From assembly GCA_964035545.1 (NCBI GenBank), contig OZ037773.1, positions 6,167,751 through 6,231,750 of the forward strand: 64,000 nucleotides of DNA, written 5' to 3'. How positions within the stretch are numbered: position 1 is the first letter of the stretch; the number at the start of each line of letters is the position of its first letter. The position numbers and the translations under genes are program-made. Origin of the DNA: Bugula neritina. Lineage: Eukaryota > Animalia > Bryozoa. Below, one piece after another: positions 38,069 through 51,022 of this stretch. The notes below the pieces were generated by a model, which saw nothing but the letters and a program-made list of their open reading frames with translations, ran no database searches and was not told the DNA's origin.

Positions 38069-41000
38069 CTATGCTTTTTCCACAAGATCTTTACTGGAGA
38101 AGTCCTGTTTCCACACAAATTCCGCAGCATAGCCCTCGATTTCACAAGACTTCTCACAAGTGTATACTAGCAGTGTACCCCAGTCTAAGCCGTCTTTCAC
38201 ATCGGTCATGTGGAGATAACTCAAAGTCTGACTCATGATCTACAAGATCGTACATCCATAAAGACTGTTTGCAACTGGAGTGTTTTCAATATGATTTGAA
38301 GTTTCAACACAGGTGATAATTGTACAAGCTTCTATACTGTCATGAATCGCTCTGCGTCGAGGGTGACTAAGTGCAACAGTTTGGAATTCTCGAGTTTGGG
38401 GGGGGGAGGGGGAGAAATTCCAACTTAAACCCCTCAACTCAAAACTAGAGAATCCCAAACTATTGCACTCAGTCACCTCCAACTCGGAGCTGCTTTTAGA
38501 ACAATTTTATTGCCATATTATGATTATGTAACATGTATAAACAGCATTAGTTCATGAAAAAAACACAGCAATGGCATCAAAATGACACAATCTATAAAAC
38601 AGACACTCCATGATGCAATTCTACAACTTAGACATACGCAGAGGAAGTACCTGAAACTCGAACTGCCGAGCTGCACCACATGACTCACAGTTTGGTATAC
38701 TCTCGGGAACTGCGCTGTCATCAGATACCAGCAGCGGTCTACCACCTCTGTTATACCTTATTATCTACAATAAGGTCAAGGATGTATACACATGTTGCTC
38801 GGCAACAGCAACTAGAGTATTCAGAGTATAACTACTAACTAGAATTTATAGAAATAGTATATTATTCAAGTTCTCTATTAATCGCATAAAAATTAACTCA
38901 ACTTTCAAACTTTACTCTCTTTGCAACAAAATCACTTTAGAATAAATGTCTTCAAATATGTACAATAGTTGTGTAAACTACTTTGGGAATGAAATGTGGA
39001 TTTTAATATATTTTACACTACATTGTATTCATCGAGAGCTTCAATAAGCAATGTGATATTTCCAGATTCATGCTGCAACAATAATGAACCGTCTAACATA
39101 ACTAACTTGGGATTTTCCAACAAACCTGGTATCCCCCAGCATACCTGATAATTCTAGCAAACCTGTATTTCTCCAACATACCTGGTCTGGATTATCGGCA
39201 ATCCTTTCTCTAAACTTCATAAAAGCTCTGTCAGCAATTTTAATTTCTTCAGCTGCATCCCAGTCTGATTTAGTTGCTTGGGCAGACAACTCCTTGCCAG
39301 GTTTATTATTTCTGATGTAACTCTAAGAGCGTAAAGAACAGGGTGACGTGATTGGCTAACTTGTCACCTTTTAATATACTATTTTAGACAAACAGTCAAC
39401 ATGCTTACAGATAGCACAACTTATTCAAATATAGTATTGCATCAACTGTTCGTATGTAATAACATATATACTTCAATAAAAACATAGGTTATTATTAACC
39501 ACAATGAACTATAATTTAGATCTTCAGTATAAATTAATTCTTCGTGCAAACATCGGCTTTACTTATAGCTAGTAAACAGGATAAAAGGCAGTGTCTGAAT
39601 ACAGTTACTAATCTTAAGCATAACTTTACACATTTATGTGTTTCAGAATCAATCATAGACCCTAAAGGTTATGGTTAAACCTAGCTTTTGTAGATTTATA
39701 AGAAATTGAACATAGACCTCTAATAAACGCGCAGCAGAACTTTTTCACTGCTCAGAATAGAATTTGCTGAGCCGATTAACTATTGATAACAACACTTACC
39801 TCAAACTCTTGGAGTGTCTCTTTCTCTGACTTACTTCTAGGCTTTGAAATCGTTTCAGCTTCCACCACAATTTCATATTCATCAAAAAAATAATTCAGTT
39901 TCGTTTTTTTATAACTTTTCTCACCTACAAATTTATAAAGGGAATATTGCAATACAACCTGTCACATGTTACTCTCAGTAATGATGGCTATCATGAAAAG
40001 ATAATGTAAAACTAAAAAACTCATTAAAAAATTGTAAAAAACCTAAAAATCATGTTCAAGAAATGTATTTAAACAAGGCTTGTGTGTATTTTCAAGAGGT
40101 CAGTGTCAATAAATTACCAATGTGAAGATTAAAACAAAACAAAAAGTTATACCTATTGCATAAAGAAACTTATTCAACTTACCAATTTCTACTGGATTCA
40201 TTGCTGATGCAGAATCGCTGACCAAATTTTGTGAGTCAGCGCATTCAATTTTATGATGAGCTTTCCAGTGAAGCACTTGATGCTCTTTGCAGCAATACGT
40301 GTACCTTTTACACCGAGAGCAAGACTTTGTTGCTGAACAGTGACATACATGGCAGAGTTTGCAGTAATCCGAAGCTTGGGGATATGGCTGTGATTCGTCA
40401 AAAAAGTGTTCATTTGGTGGGTTGAAACTGTAAACAGAATTTTTTCGTGGCAGTTGGCTTCTAAAGCATTTAATAGAAGGCTTGGTACAACTCTCATTTT
40501 CACACACGAATATAAACAAAGTCCGGTGATAAGTTTGTGAGTTGTCGGTGTCAATCAAATTAACGTTACTGTTAGGCTTGTCATTATGAGAATGATTCAG
40601 AATTGGTAGCCTAATTTGCGAGTTTGATGGCGATAAAGAAAATTCGACATCAGTCTGAGTCTTCGTTTGAGGCTCTCTTTTATTCTGGCTTTCAGTAAAA
40701 TTTTCAGCCTTAGTCTGCTTGGTCACTTTTTGAGTACAAGGTCCAATTTCATCTCCAGTTCCGTTTGGCTTTAGACTTGCAGTTTCAGTTTGAGTCTGAG
40801 TCTCTATCTCAGACGATGGAAACGTAGATCCATGAACAGTCTCAAAATTCGATAGTGAATATCCAGGACGACCTTTAAGGTCACCAAGTGCAACTCCACC
40901 GTCAGTATCAGTATGGGTATTATTGTTATTAGATTTAGTAGTAGTACTACTACTAGTAGTAGTACGAGGCTCCGACGGCGACAGTGAGTGTGACACTGAC

Positions 41001-41230
41001 TGGGAGTGAGTTTCACTTTCAGCTTCGCCTGCCCCTGGTGAATAAATCTGCATAAGAAACTTGCACACTCTTGAACATTGGCAACATTTTAAGTTTTCAT
41101 AGCTTGGTATATGTTTCAACTGTAACCAGGCAGGAGATCCGCCTAGTTTAGAAGGAAAATAATGACTTAACAGTCTCCAGCTATCGTCACACTCTTCAGC
41201 AAAACCGAGATCCACACATGCTGAAGCCAT
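38069..41230 (-). CDS. PDCD2: Programmed cell death protein 2 (uS5 chaperone; zf-MYND + PDCD2_C)
   Basis: VDLGFAEE..FPSKLGGSPAWL..FLMQIYSP..YHRTLFIFVC..FRSQLPRKN; MYND CHVC..CSRC..YCCKEHQVLHWK..HKIEC; C-terminal LDWGTLLVYTC..EFVWKQD; exons 40183-41230, 39801-39924, 39182-39322, ~38651-38763, 38069-38239. Confidence 0.95.
38349..38494. mobile_element. Palindromic MITE-like element in a PDCD2 intron
   Basis: ~49-bp imperfect inverted arms (38349-38397 vs 38442-38490); related fragment at 25718. Confidence 0.6.
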
Positions 41231-42612
41231 TTCCGAAAGTAAATAAAAGTTGAAAATCGCTGTTTGCTAACTAAGGGTTCACCAATGGAGTAAATGTGTA
41301 AATTCATTAGTAAAAGTTCTGAAAAGTTGCCGTGTTAAAAAAACCCGAGCTATTGTTATAGCCCTGTGAACAGAAAACCACAGAGCTATTTCACAAATCG
41401 TCGGGGAGATTTAATTGATAGATGTAAAAGCACTCTAAAATAGCGTGAGAAGGAAATTTTGACAACAAACTATCTAATTCAGGTTTTCAGTTCATTGTCT
41501 ACGTACTCTCGTTCGGTTTACTCGATCTCACGCTCACAATGATCACTCTGGTGATAAGATAAATGTATTTGGCTAATAGTAATACTTAGTAATAGTTATT
41601 CAGTAACCTAAATGGTGATTCAGATTGTAATTTTAAAAATAAACGTATGCTGCATTTTGACAGATAAAACGGATCGTCGTAATAGCTATTATAATATTAA
41701 AACAGTATTACTAGTCCTGTTGTAACCTAATCCTATACTAATAGTAATAGTAATACTAATACTAATAGTAATAGTAATACTAATAGTAATAATAATACTT
41801 CAAGTTCAACTTCAACTTGTAGTTTACTTATAACTTATAAGTTATACACTTTATCAACACTTGCTAGTTGCTGTCTATTACTATTCCTTACTCTTAGTTT
41901 TTTACTACTGCTAGTAGTAGTAGTAGTAGTTAGAATTATGGTAATAGCTAATACTAATAGTAATACTAATAGTAATACTAATAGTAATATAGTTATCTTA
42001 TTCTTATTTAGTTTATTTATACTTACACTAACTCTAAGTCTAATGCTTATACTTATAACTTATGAGTTATAATTATAGTGAGTAGTTATGCAAATTACAA
42101 GCTCCAAATCTCAATTTACTATTACTAGTACTAGTAGTACTAGTACTACGTCTACTAAAAGTAAATCTAATACTAATAGTAATAGTATTAGTCTAATAGT
42201 AATAGTCATCCTAACAATAATATTAATATTAAAACTAATACTAATAGTAATAGTTATAGTAATACTAAGTCTTAGTCTAATAGTTGTAGCAATACTAATA
42301 TGTCAACCAATAATGAGTATCACTAACAAACAAGTCTAATACCAATGGCTATATTTATACTATAGTTATATTTATAGTGATACTAATAATGATTTATATA
42401 TATTAATTGTCAATGTGTACTGATAATGTAGTATATCGCAGTAGCAGTTCAAACTTTGAGTGATATCATTCTGAATTCGGTCAGCATTGTGGCTATCACT
42501 TGTCATTGTGAGACTGAGTCACTAGTCAGTTTATTATGATTACCATTATGATTATGATTGTGACAGGTTAGCTACGGTTTTCAAAGTTGACTTGGAATTG
42601 AAGATCATCATC
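41231..42612. promoter_or_regulatory. Head-to-head promoter region of PDCD2/ING with 6-bp-periodic ACT/AGT tracts
   Basis: Divergent ATGs at 41230(-) and 42613(+); AGTAATACTAAT-type tracts across 41570-42420. Confidence 0.55.
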
Positions 42613-45600
42613 ATGACTATGATTAATCAAGCCCACGTTGAAGCTATTTGCTCCGCAACTTATTTGCAAAATTATTTGGACTGTATGGACTCGCTCCCAG
42701 ACGAGTTACAAAGAATTTTCACTCGTATCAGAGAAGTAGATGTGAAATTAACTGGTAACACATTTAATTTTCCGCTTGTCTCATTATGATTAACTTATCA
42801 TTTTGTTGTCAGTGCTATAGCCCTAACTTATCAGCACATAGTATTGTTTGATGTTAAGTTAATAACCATAAAACCTTTGCCTATGGTCAACTCTCAGAAA
42901 TGATTTAATTGACTTAAAACCACCATTTAGGATTGCCGAATTCTGCTTTAACCTTCCGGTGTAGATTGTCTGCTAGCAATTGCAGCTTATATTGAGTCTT
43001 TAGAATCATATGTGAAGGTGCAGCTCAGTTTATTTGTTTGTGCAGTCTTATAAATAAACTGCATAATTAGCAACTTGTGTGCTCATATAACAGTTTGTTA
43101 TAGCTTTAATTACCTAAGAGATAAAATTGTATATAACTTTTAGGCGTTAGACTTTAATTTAGTTTTATTGATTTTTAAACGCTTTCTCTGTAGACACTCT
43201 CTTTCTCTTACAATCTTATCCAGGTCTGTGGCATTAGCACTAGTTCTATATAACTCGTATGACACATTGACTAAACTGTTTATGATAAAGATTAAAGTTG
43301 GTGGAAGTTATGAGTTAATTACTTTTGCTGCATGTTCTGTAATACACAAGTAAGCAATCACAAATATTGACAGAAAAGTACCAAATTCTATATTTTGTGT
43401 CCTGTTTTTTATTATGCAGAGTTGGAAAAAGATTCCACACCATTTGATGAAGTCTTTGTAAAGCTTCAAGATGAAAAAGCAATAGACAGTAAATTTGTAA
43501 ATCGTTTACAAAGAATGCTGATAAAAATGCAGGTAAAATTTAACTTATACACTTGCCGTGTGAAATTAGTTTTTCAATGGTTTTATTGCAAGTTGTAGTC
43601 ATGGCGATTTGACTTCTTCTTGAGCACTGATTTCTCTTTCAGGAGTTAGAAGATGAGAAGATTCAGTTATCAAATATTCTGCTTGAGTTTATTGAAAACA
43701 GAAGCAAGTTGCTGGATGCTGATCGAGAAAATTTAGGTTTGTCTTCCTCTGCAAGTTATAAAGTAATAATTGAATTCTCCCACAAGTTCCTAACTGCTGC
43801 ATGTTTGAGTCTTGTTTGTGAAATATCGCTCTTTTAATTAAAAAACTAGTCTGGAATCAATTGGTTCACGCTTTAGGAATTTTATTTTGATGCATCGTGT
43901 TAATTATTTGCAAAATGAACCACAATGTATAGGATGTGAGCTCACACATTTTATACACTACCCGTCAAATCACCTAATAAAAGTAACTGCAACTGTTTTA
44001 GGTGGCTCCACATCATGCTATGTCAGCAGCACCATGTATTTTTTCTAATTTTTCATTTAAGTTTACATAAACTAGATATATATTACAATTAGCTCCTTTT
44101 GAACTTGCAGCTAAAATTCAAGTTGATATTATTTTCTTTTATACTACATTACTCAATCAATTTGTTAGTATTATTCAATTTCAATAGTGGGAGTTTGCCC
44201 CTCATGGTACGTTTTGAAGGAATCTAGACTCTTTCTCGTACTAATAATATAGTGTGCATTATACTGGTAACTTTCGGTGTTTTTAAAGTCATCAGATTTT
44301 ATAAATTTGACTTTTTTCAGATCCTGCCAATCATGTGATAAACGATGGACCATCCAATAAAGCCATCAACTCTACAGGCAAGAAAAATGGTAGTTCGGAG
44401 GCTAAGAATTCATCTAATGTCCAATCCTCTGCTTCCACACAATCTGTAAACAGTCATAAAGATTCAGCCAAACAGGTAACTCGTACTGTGTTCATGACTC
44501 GCTGTCTAATTTTCAGTATACTTTATTTTAACCCATACTCCGTCTCTTCCTTATACTGTAGTCTAGATTTTGACTCTAACACTCACTTTGACTCACTGCT
44601 CAATTGTGATTTTCATGAGAAATAGTAATATCCTTTTTACGCAATAATTGCTGCATGCAGCATGCATTACATTCTATTTATAGGTCATTGTCTTCTGCTA
44701 ATAAAGTTTCTTTGTTTTACATTTCAACTTCCAATACAATTTAGTTTCTTACTCTGCATAGATTTAAAATACATTATTTGTTATATATCTAGTTTAAGAA
44801 TTTAATATGTCAATAAACTTGGAAGAAACGTTTTCATCTGCCACTTATTATAACTAATTTGACTAGCTGCCATGCTATTACGTCATACAACCCTGTCATT
44901 AATATAACAAAAGAAACAATACACTTGGAAGAAACATTTACTTCTGCCTCTTATTATAAAGAATTTGTACATATGCAGGCTGAGCACAAGCCCCCGTTGC
45001 ACTCGACTAAGAAGAGGAAGCAGAGAGCTGTTGAACCACAGGCTACGACTAAATCAAACTCCGCCACGTGTAGAACTACATACAACTCTTCCCAGACTGT
45101 CAACTCGACCTCTTCTGCTGCCAACAGTAATAAGGATGAGCCACCAGCTAAAAAGGTAAACAGTTTGTCTAGATTGGCAAAAAGTATTAGGGAAGAGAAT
45201 TTTTATTCATCCGTGCATAGTATATTTTATGAGTAAGAATTTATTATTTGGGGTTACTTTGAAGTGAGTTGAATAGAGAACAATTGTATAATTCGCTTCT
45301 TGTGCATATAACTGAATGTTGCTATACTTGCTTCTGTGCCTCCCTCGCTTTCGCTGTAGCTGTATTTGTGCTGAGTCTTAAGAATATTTTATCATCTTGG
45401 TTTAGCAAGCTGACACTATCTTCTATCTTTTAGCAAGCCATTTCGTCTTCTGTACATGACGACTCCAAGGCTGCGTCTAGACTACCCGCTAAACGAAAGC
45501 GTCGTAGCAGGATTGGAGCTCACACTAAGGCTAGCAGTAAAGACGTAGTGAAGGAACCCAGTCCAGAGCCCGAGGAACCTTTATATTGCTTGTGTAGTCA

Positions 45601-46159
45601 GGTAGGGGCATTACCCAATTGTCTCTTCTTACTCTAAAGAGTGTGGTTGTGGGAAAATAGTTTGCTGCACAATTTTCACCTCAATAAATGTCTCACCAGC
45701 ATGCAGAACTCTGAAAGGTTTGATTGTTTTCCATCAGAATGTGTAATCTAGAGCTAGCCACTTTCTTGCTAGTGTTTTGATATATAATTGTTATGATACC
45801 AACAACTCTAAACGGAAGCAAATTAAGTTAATTACTCAAGTTAGGAAAATTTCTTTTCGAACATCTGCACCAATTTTTTTCAAAGAACAAACTGCACATC
45901 AGTATAATATATCCTGAGTATTATTTTGTCATTTTGAAAAATATGCTTAAATGCAGAATTTCATGTTGATGGAATAATTTGTATGTTTCAGATCTCATAC
46001 GGAGAGATGATTGGCTGCGACAATGACGTGTGTCCAATTGAGTGGTTTCACTTTAATTGTGTCAACCTAAATAATAAGCCAAAAGGTAAATGGTATTGTC
46101 CCAAGTGTAGGGGAGACAAACCCACTATTATGAGGAGAGGAGCTGATAAGATAAAATAA
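42613..46159 (+). CDS. Inhibitor of growth protein, ING1/ING2-like (PHD finger)
   Basis: N-terminal ING domain [18 protein letters not shown]; ELEDEKIQL; [12 protein letters not shown]|[42 protein letters not shown]; exons approx. 42613-42754, 43420-43532, 43643-43736, 44321-44475, 44979-45155, 45434-45601, 45992-46159. Confidence 0.93.
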
Positions 46160-46602
46160 ATCTGTAATATTTGCTTTAATTTAGTGTTGAAGTTTTTGCT
46201 TTCAAAATAATGCATCTGTAAACAAGCCAATGAATGACCTGTAAATAACTTACAATGATTAAACTAGAATGTATTAGACAATGTATGTTATTATGACTTC
46301 TTGTTTTTATCTTGTTGATTTATATATATAGTAATATAGAACTTTGCATGTTTTAGTTTTGCCAAGAGTAAAGTTTTATTTATTTTCTATAATTTCCTGT
46401 AAATATTCAGCTTACCTTGTAAATAAATATTGCTTGAAATAAACAAAAGTATGAAGTGATAATATAGCCAGTAGTAAAATTGTGATGACATATGCCACAG
46501 TTTCTGATAAAAAGCATTTATAAATTTAGTCACTCAATTTCAACAGCGTTTATACAAGTAGCCCTCACATGTTCGTACATATTTCAGTTAGCCAATCAGT
46601 GT

Positions 46603-49600
46603 CTAGTCCATCAAACTTATGTTTGACCAATCAGGCACCAGACCATTGTTAGATTCAAAAGTTTCCCTGGTTAAAGCTTGTCCATCTAACTGTGAACAAG
46701 CTCCCAATATGGCTCCTGTGAACAGAAATAATAGAGAACTAAAACACCGAAAAGCATTTTCATATTCATGACATTTTATTAGCCACAATATATCAATACC
46801 ATTGCTGCTTTCATGGTACTTTGGTGAATGTTGACTATTTAGGAACTTATTACTTGGACCTTCTAAACACTTTCTTTAATCTGGTGAACATGAAAGGTAA
46901 TAATATGGCTGACTTCATACCATCTTCCAGTTAATGCTAATAGATATATTATAGTTAATAGTTTTCTTACAAATAAATGAGTTCCAAGCCTGCCCAAGTA
47001 TAATATAACACTATCACTGCATTACAACATTGATTACAATACAATTATATGATCAGTGTATAGATATGTACAATTAGAGCTCTTTAAAATCTAATGGCGA
47101 AGTCCTATTAATCACCTATGTTATTAACACTAAATACAGCCTCACCTCCTAGCCAGGCTGTGTAATTCTCCTTTACAGGGGGGTCATGAAAAGCAAACTC
47201 AGTGACGGCTATTTTCTGAGAGTACTGAGGAGTTTTGCTAAGAGAGGTCAGTTCACATTGTAGTCTGTGTTTGAAGCCGGGCATTGCGCAATTACCTCCT
47301 ATCAGCACTATGTTAGACAGTAGTTCATGTCTAGTATCTATAGCACACTGTAATAGAAGTAGTAATAGTATCTATAGCACACTGTAATCTAAGTAGTAAT
47401 AGTATATATAGCACACTGTAATAGAAGTAGTAATAGTAACTATAGCACACTGTAATAGAAGTAGTAATAGTAACTATAGCACACTGTAATATAAGTAGTA
47501 ATAGTATCTATAGCACACTGTAATCTAAGTAGTAATAGTATCTATAGCACACTGTAATCTAAGTAGTAATAGTATCTATAGCACACTGTAATCTAAGTAG
47601 TAATAGTATCTATAGCACACTGTAATCTAAGTAGTAATAGTATCTATAGCACACTGTAATCTAAGTAGTAATAGTATCTATAGCACACTGTAATAGAAGT
47701 AGTAATAGCACCTTATAGTAAGTATAGCACACTGTAATATAAGTAGTAATAGTAACTATAGCACACTGTAATAGATTGTAATAGTTGGCCAAACTAGAAA
47801 CCAGCCCATCTCTTCAGCATACTTAACTACGCAAAAGGCCCGCCCACCTCTAGAACAGCGTCCAATAAGAGATGAGCTAAAGTTTTCTCTTCGGTATCTT
47901 TATACAGAACTTCACATGCTGATTCTCGTACTTTCCCGGGAATATGCAGCATGGCGTCACCTTAAAATACCAACGCTATCAAAATAATAAACCATAAAAA
48001 CTAATACAGACTTATTGCAGTACCATTTTCGTTCAGAACATTTGCTCTTCAAATGCAAAATAATAAAACACAGGTGGACTCACCACTAACTGGGTACACA
48101 ACGTCTGCAGGAGGAGAGAGTGACTCTGGTGCTTCCTTTAGGGCTTGAGCTCTGTCGAATCTTGTCACAAAGCAGGTCCGCACTAATTTATTCAAAACAA
48201 AGAAACATGGTCAAAGTATATAAACTCAAGAAACATAGTTGATGAATGTACTCGAAAAACATACTTCCTATATTATACTTGATATATTATATACTCAAAA
48301 AACACAATTAATGATTCACAATAACTACAAGAGGTATAATGATTGAACATATAGTTTATACGGCATACTGTAATAGTGCTGAGTAATGTATGAAATCCCT
48401 TCCTTTGTTTATATCGACAAAACCTTTATATTATAGTGATGCAAATGCATAGAATCAAAGAAAAGACAACCCCAAAATTAATCAGAGACCCACGCCAAAA
48501 TACATTCTTTCATTTATATTGAAGAAACCTATAAAAGCCTGTTAAACTTGAAAAGTGCTAAATACATAAGCATAATAAAATAACAGGATGATATGAATGA
48601 AATCTCGCATTTCAGCACTATATTTCAGCCCTTGAACTAAAACCCCCTCCCCAGTTGGCATATTTCACCAGGTACATGCAGGTGTGGCAGCTTTCTCAAG
48701 TCTTTAGAGAGAGAATACCAGAACATAACTAGACACCAACCTTTTATATCTTCCAACTGCTTTTGCGTCAAAACCTCTGCAAAATGAAAAGTTGAAATAG
48801 TGCTATCCATCTAAGGTGATAACGCATTAAAATAAAAAAATATAACACATTGTTTCAATAGTGTAAACAAATCACATGACCATAGTCATACTCTGCTACG
48901 CCACATGTAATACAACCACCAGGCATGTAGAAGTACTGCTATAGTGACAAACAGACAGACTATGCAAATATATGGAGAGTAGACAACTCCTACCAGTGGA
49001 TTCTTTGAGTGGTTGTTTGGTGCCCAACACTTCCAATTGAGCAGAGTCGCTAAGAAGCTGACTTAGATTGTCTTCTACGGCCTTACCACCAACAGGCAGG
49101 GTTTGCCAGGCATTTAATAGAACCTGTAAAGAGATAAAACAGCACTATACTATAACAGGAAACCAATGCAGAATGAGAAAGTAGAGTAAAATATAAGAGA
49201 GACAACTTTAAGTTCTTACGTTGACAGGTAAAATAAATAGCCGTGGTGCTAAAAATAGCAACTGACTCATTACAATGTGTGAACATGGAGTATAAACTAT
49301 TCTCACCCACAAAAATAACACCACACAACAGGTATACCAGGTAAAATAATGCAAAACACTGCACCCAGAAGAAAAGTAGTAGCAGCAAAAGTTATATACT
49401 CTTATCATATTCTTCTATATAGGTTAAAGGTTAAACTCTCACCATATTCTCGTATATAGGTTAAAGGTTAAACTCTCACCATATTCTCGTATATATGTTA
49501 AACTCTCACCATATTCTCACATATAGGTTAAACTCTCACGATATTCTCGTATATAAGTTAAAGGTTAAACTCTCACCATATTCTCACATATAGGTTAAAC

Positions 49601-51022
49601 TCTCACCATATTCTCACATATAGGTTAAAAGTAAAACTCTCACTAAACTCTCGTATATAGGTCAAAGGTTAAACTATCACCATATTCTTGTATATAGGTT
49701 AAAGGTTAAATTCTCACCATATTCTCGTACATAGGTTAAAGGTTAAACTTTCACCATATTCTGTATATAGGTTAAAGGTTAAACTCTCACCATATTCTCG
49801 TATATAGTTTAAAGGTTAAACTCTCACCATATTCTCGTATATAGGCAGCACCAGAGTCTCTGAGTATCCAGAATCTACGACTAGAGCTGTGGTGATGCCG
49901 AGAGTGTACATAGACAGCAGGTGACTGGGTGCAAAGGTCACTGATGGCACCTAAAGTCAGCATGGCAATTATAATATTTTTACTATTATTATATAATCTT
50001 TGTAAATAGTATCCTTCAAAACTATATGTACTGTTTCGGAGTTAAATTCAATATAATAAAAAAAAATTGGATGGACAAACAATAAACTATTTGTTGGCAT
50101 CAGTAAAAATATTTAACATAGTTCTAAATAAAAGCCATTATTTCTACCAAAGGGAAAGACCATCAGGCAATTTGGTGTCTGAGGCAAGTCAATATTCTTT
50201 TGCATATTTTCACAGCAGGTTCTTAATAGATATATAATGGTATGAACTAAATTATAAAGATCAAGTCTAAGTAGTAGAATACTAGCCTCAAAGTCAATGA
50301 GCAGAACTTGAGCTAAAGTCGTTCTCCATATTTCTGCAGAGAGCAGAGATTCACAGATGATCACGGGTCTTTCACTCATCGACACCAACAGCTCACTGAA
50401 AGATGAGTCAGTTTTACAAAATGTAGAGACAATTTAATATTTACCAAACGGGCATATTATAACTAATAACCAATTCCAAAGCATTTACCTTTATGTAATT
50501 CAGTGCTGATACAATTATGCTGACAATCATAAAATAGACTACAACTAACCGAAGATAAACATGTCTGAGAAAAGCTCGTAGCACTTCTCTCAACTCTTTT
50601 GCATCAGTAATGTCCCTAAGCCATCGCTCACGTTGAACCTCTTTTAACTTGCTTGGTATAATGCATATAGGGGCATCATGGTTTGCATAGCCAGCCCTTT
50701 AAGTAAATGCACCAAAACTGTTGAATAACTCATAAACTAATATTTAAATTTATTCAAAACTTTTAGTAAATGTTCAGTAACCCAATGCGGCAATGCTACT
50801 TATTAGTACGTTTTCAGCATAACTATAAAAACAATGGGTATTGTAATGCAGCTATACTCTCCATAAGACTCAAAATAGAACTTCTAATTAGTTTATATAT
50901 GTTCGTAAAACCAAATACTATCTTTTGCATTGCCATTGATAGATAATAACTTACTTTGTAAAAGCATTTCCAATGTCTAGAACAATTGCTGGCTTCTTAT
51001 TACTGATTTTGTGTGAGACCAT
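46603..51022 (-). CDS. ACTR10: Actin-related protein 10 (Arp11, dynactin pointed end)
   Basis: [23 protein letters not shown]; [11 protein letters not shown]; FE|[11 protein letters not shown]; ETLVLPIYE; EDIKVRTCFVT; [25 protein letters not shown]; [17 protein letters not shown]; about 10 coding exons. Confidence 0.92.
47334..47783. repeat. 34-bp minisatellite derived from an ACTR10 intron/exon (acceptor) junction
   Basis: About 13 copies; minus-strand unit ATTACTACTTCTATTACAG|TGTGCTATAGATACT. Confidence 0.93.
49405..49844. repeat. 37/30-bp minisatellite derived from an ACTR10 exon/intron (donor) junction
   Basis: About 12 copies; minus-strand unit CCTATATACGAGAATATG|GTGAGAGTTTAACCTTTAA. 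Confidence 0.92.

Noticed and set aside
42088-42339. ORF with S/T-rich stretch and a hydrophobic TM-like segment
   Set aside because: By-product of the 6-bp periodic low-complexity DNA upstream of ING; no independent gene evidence
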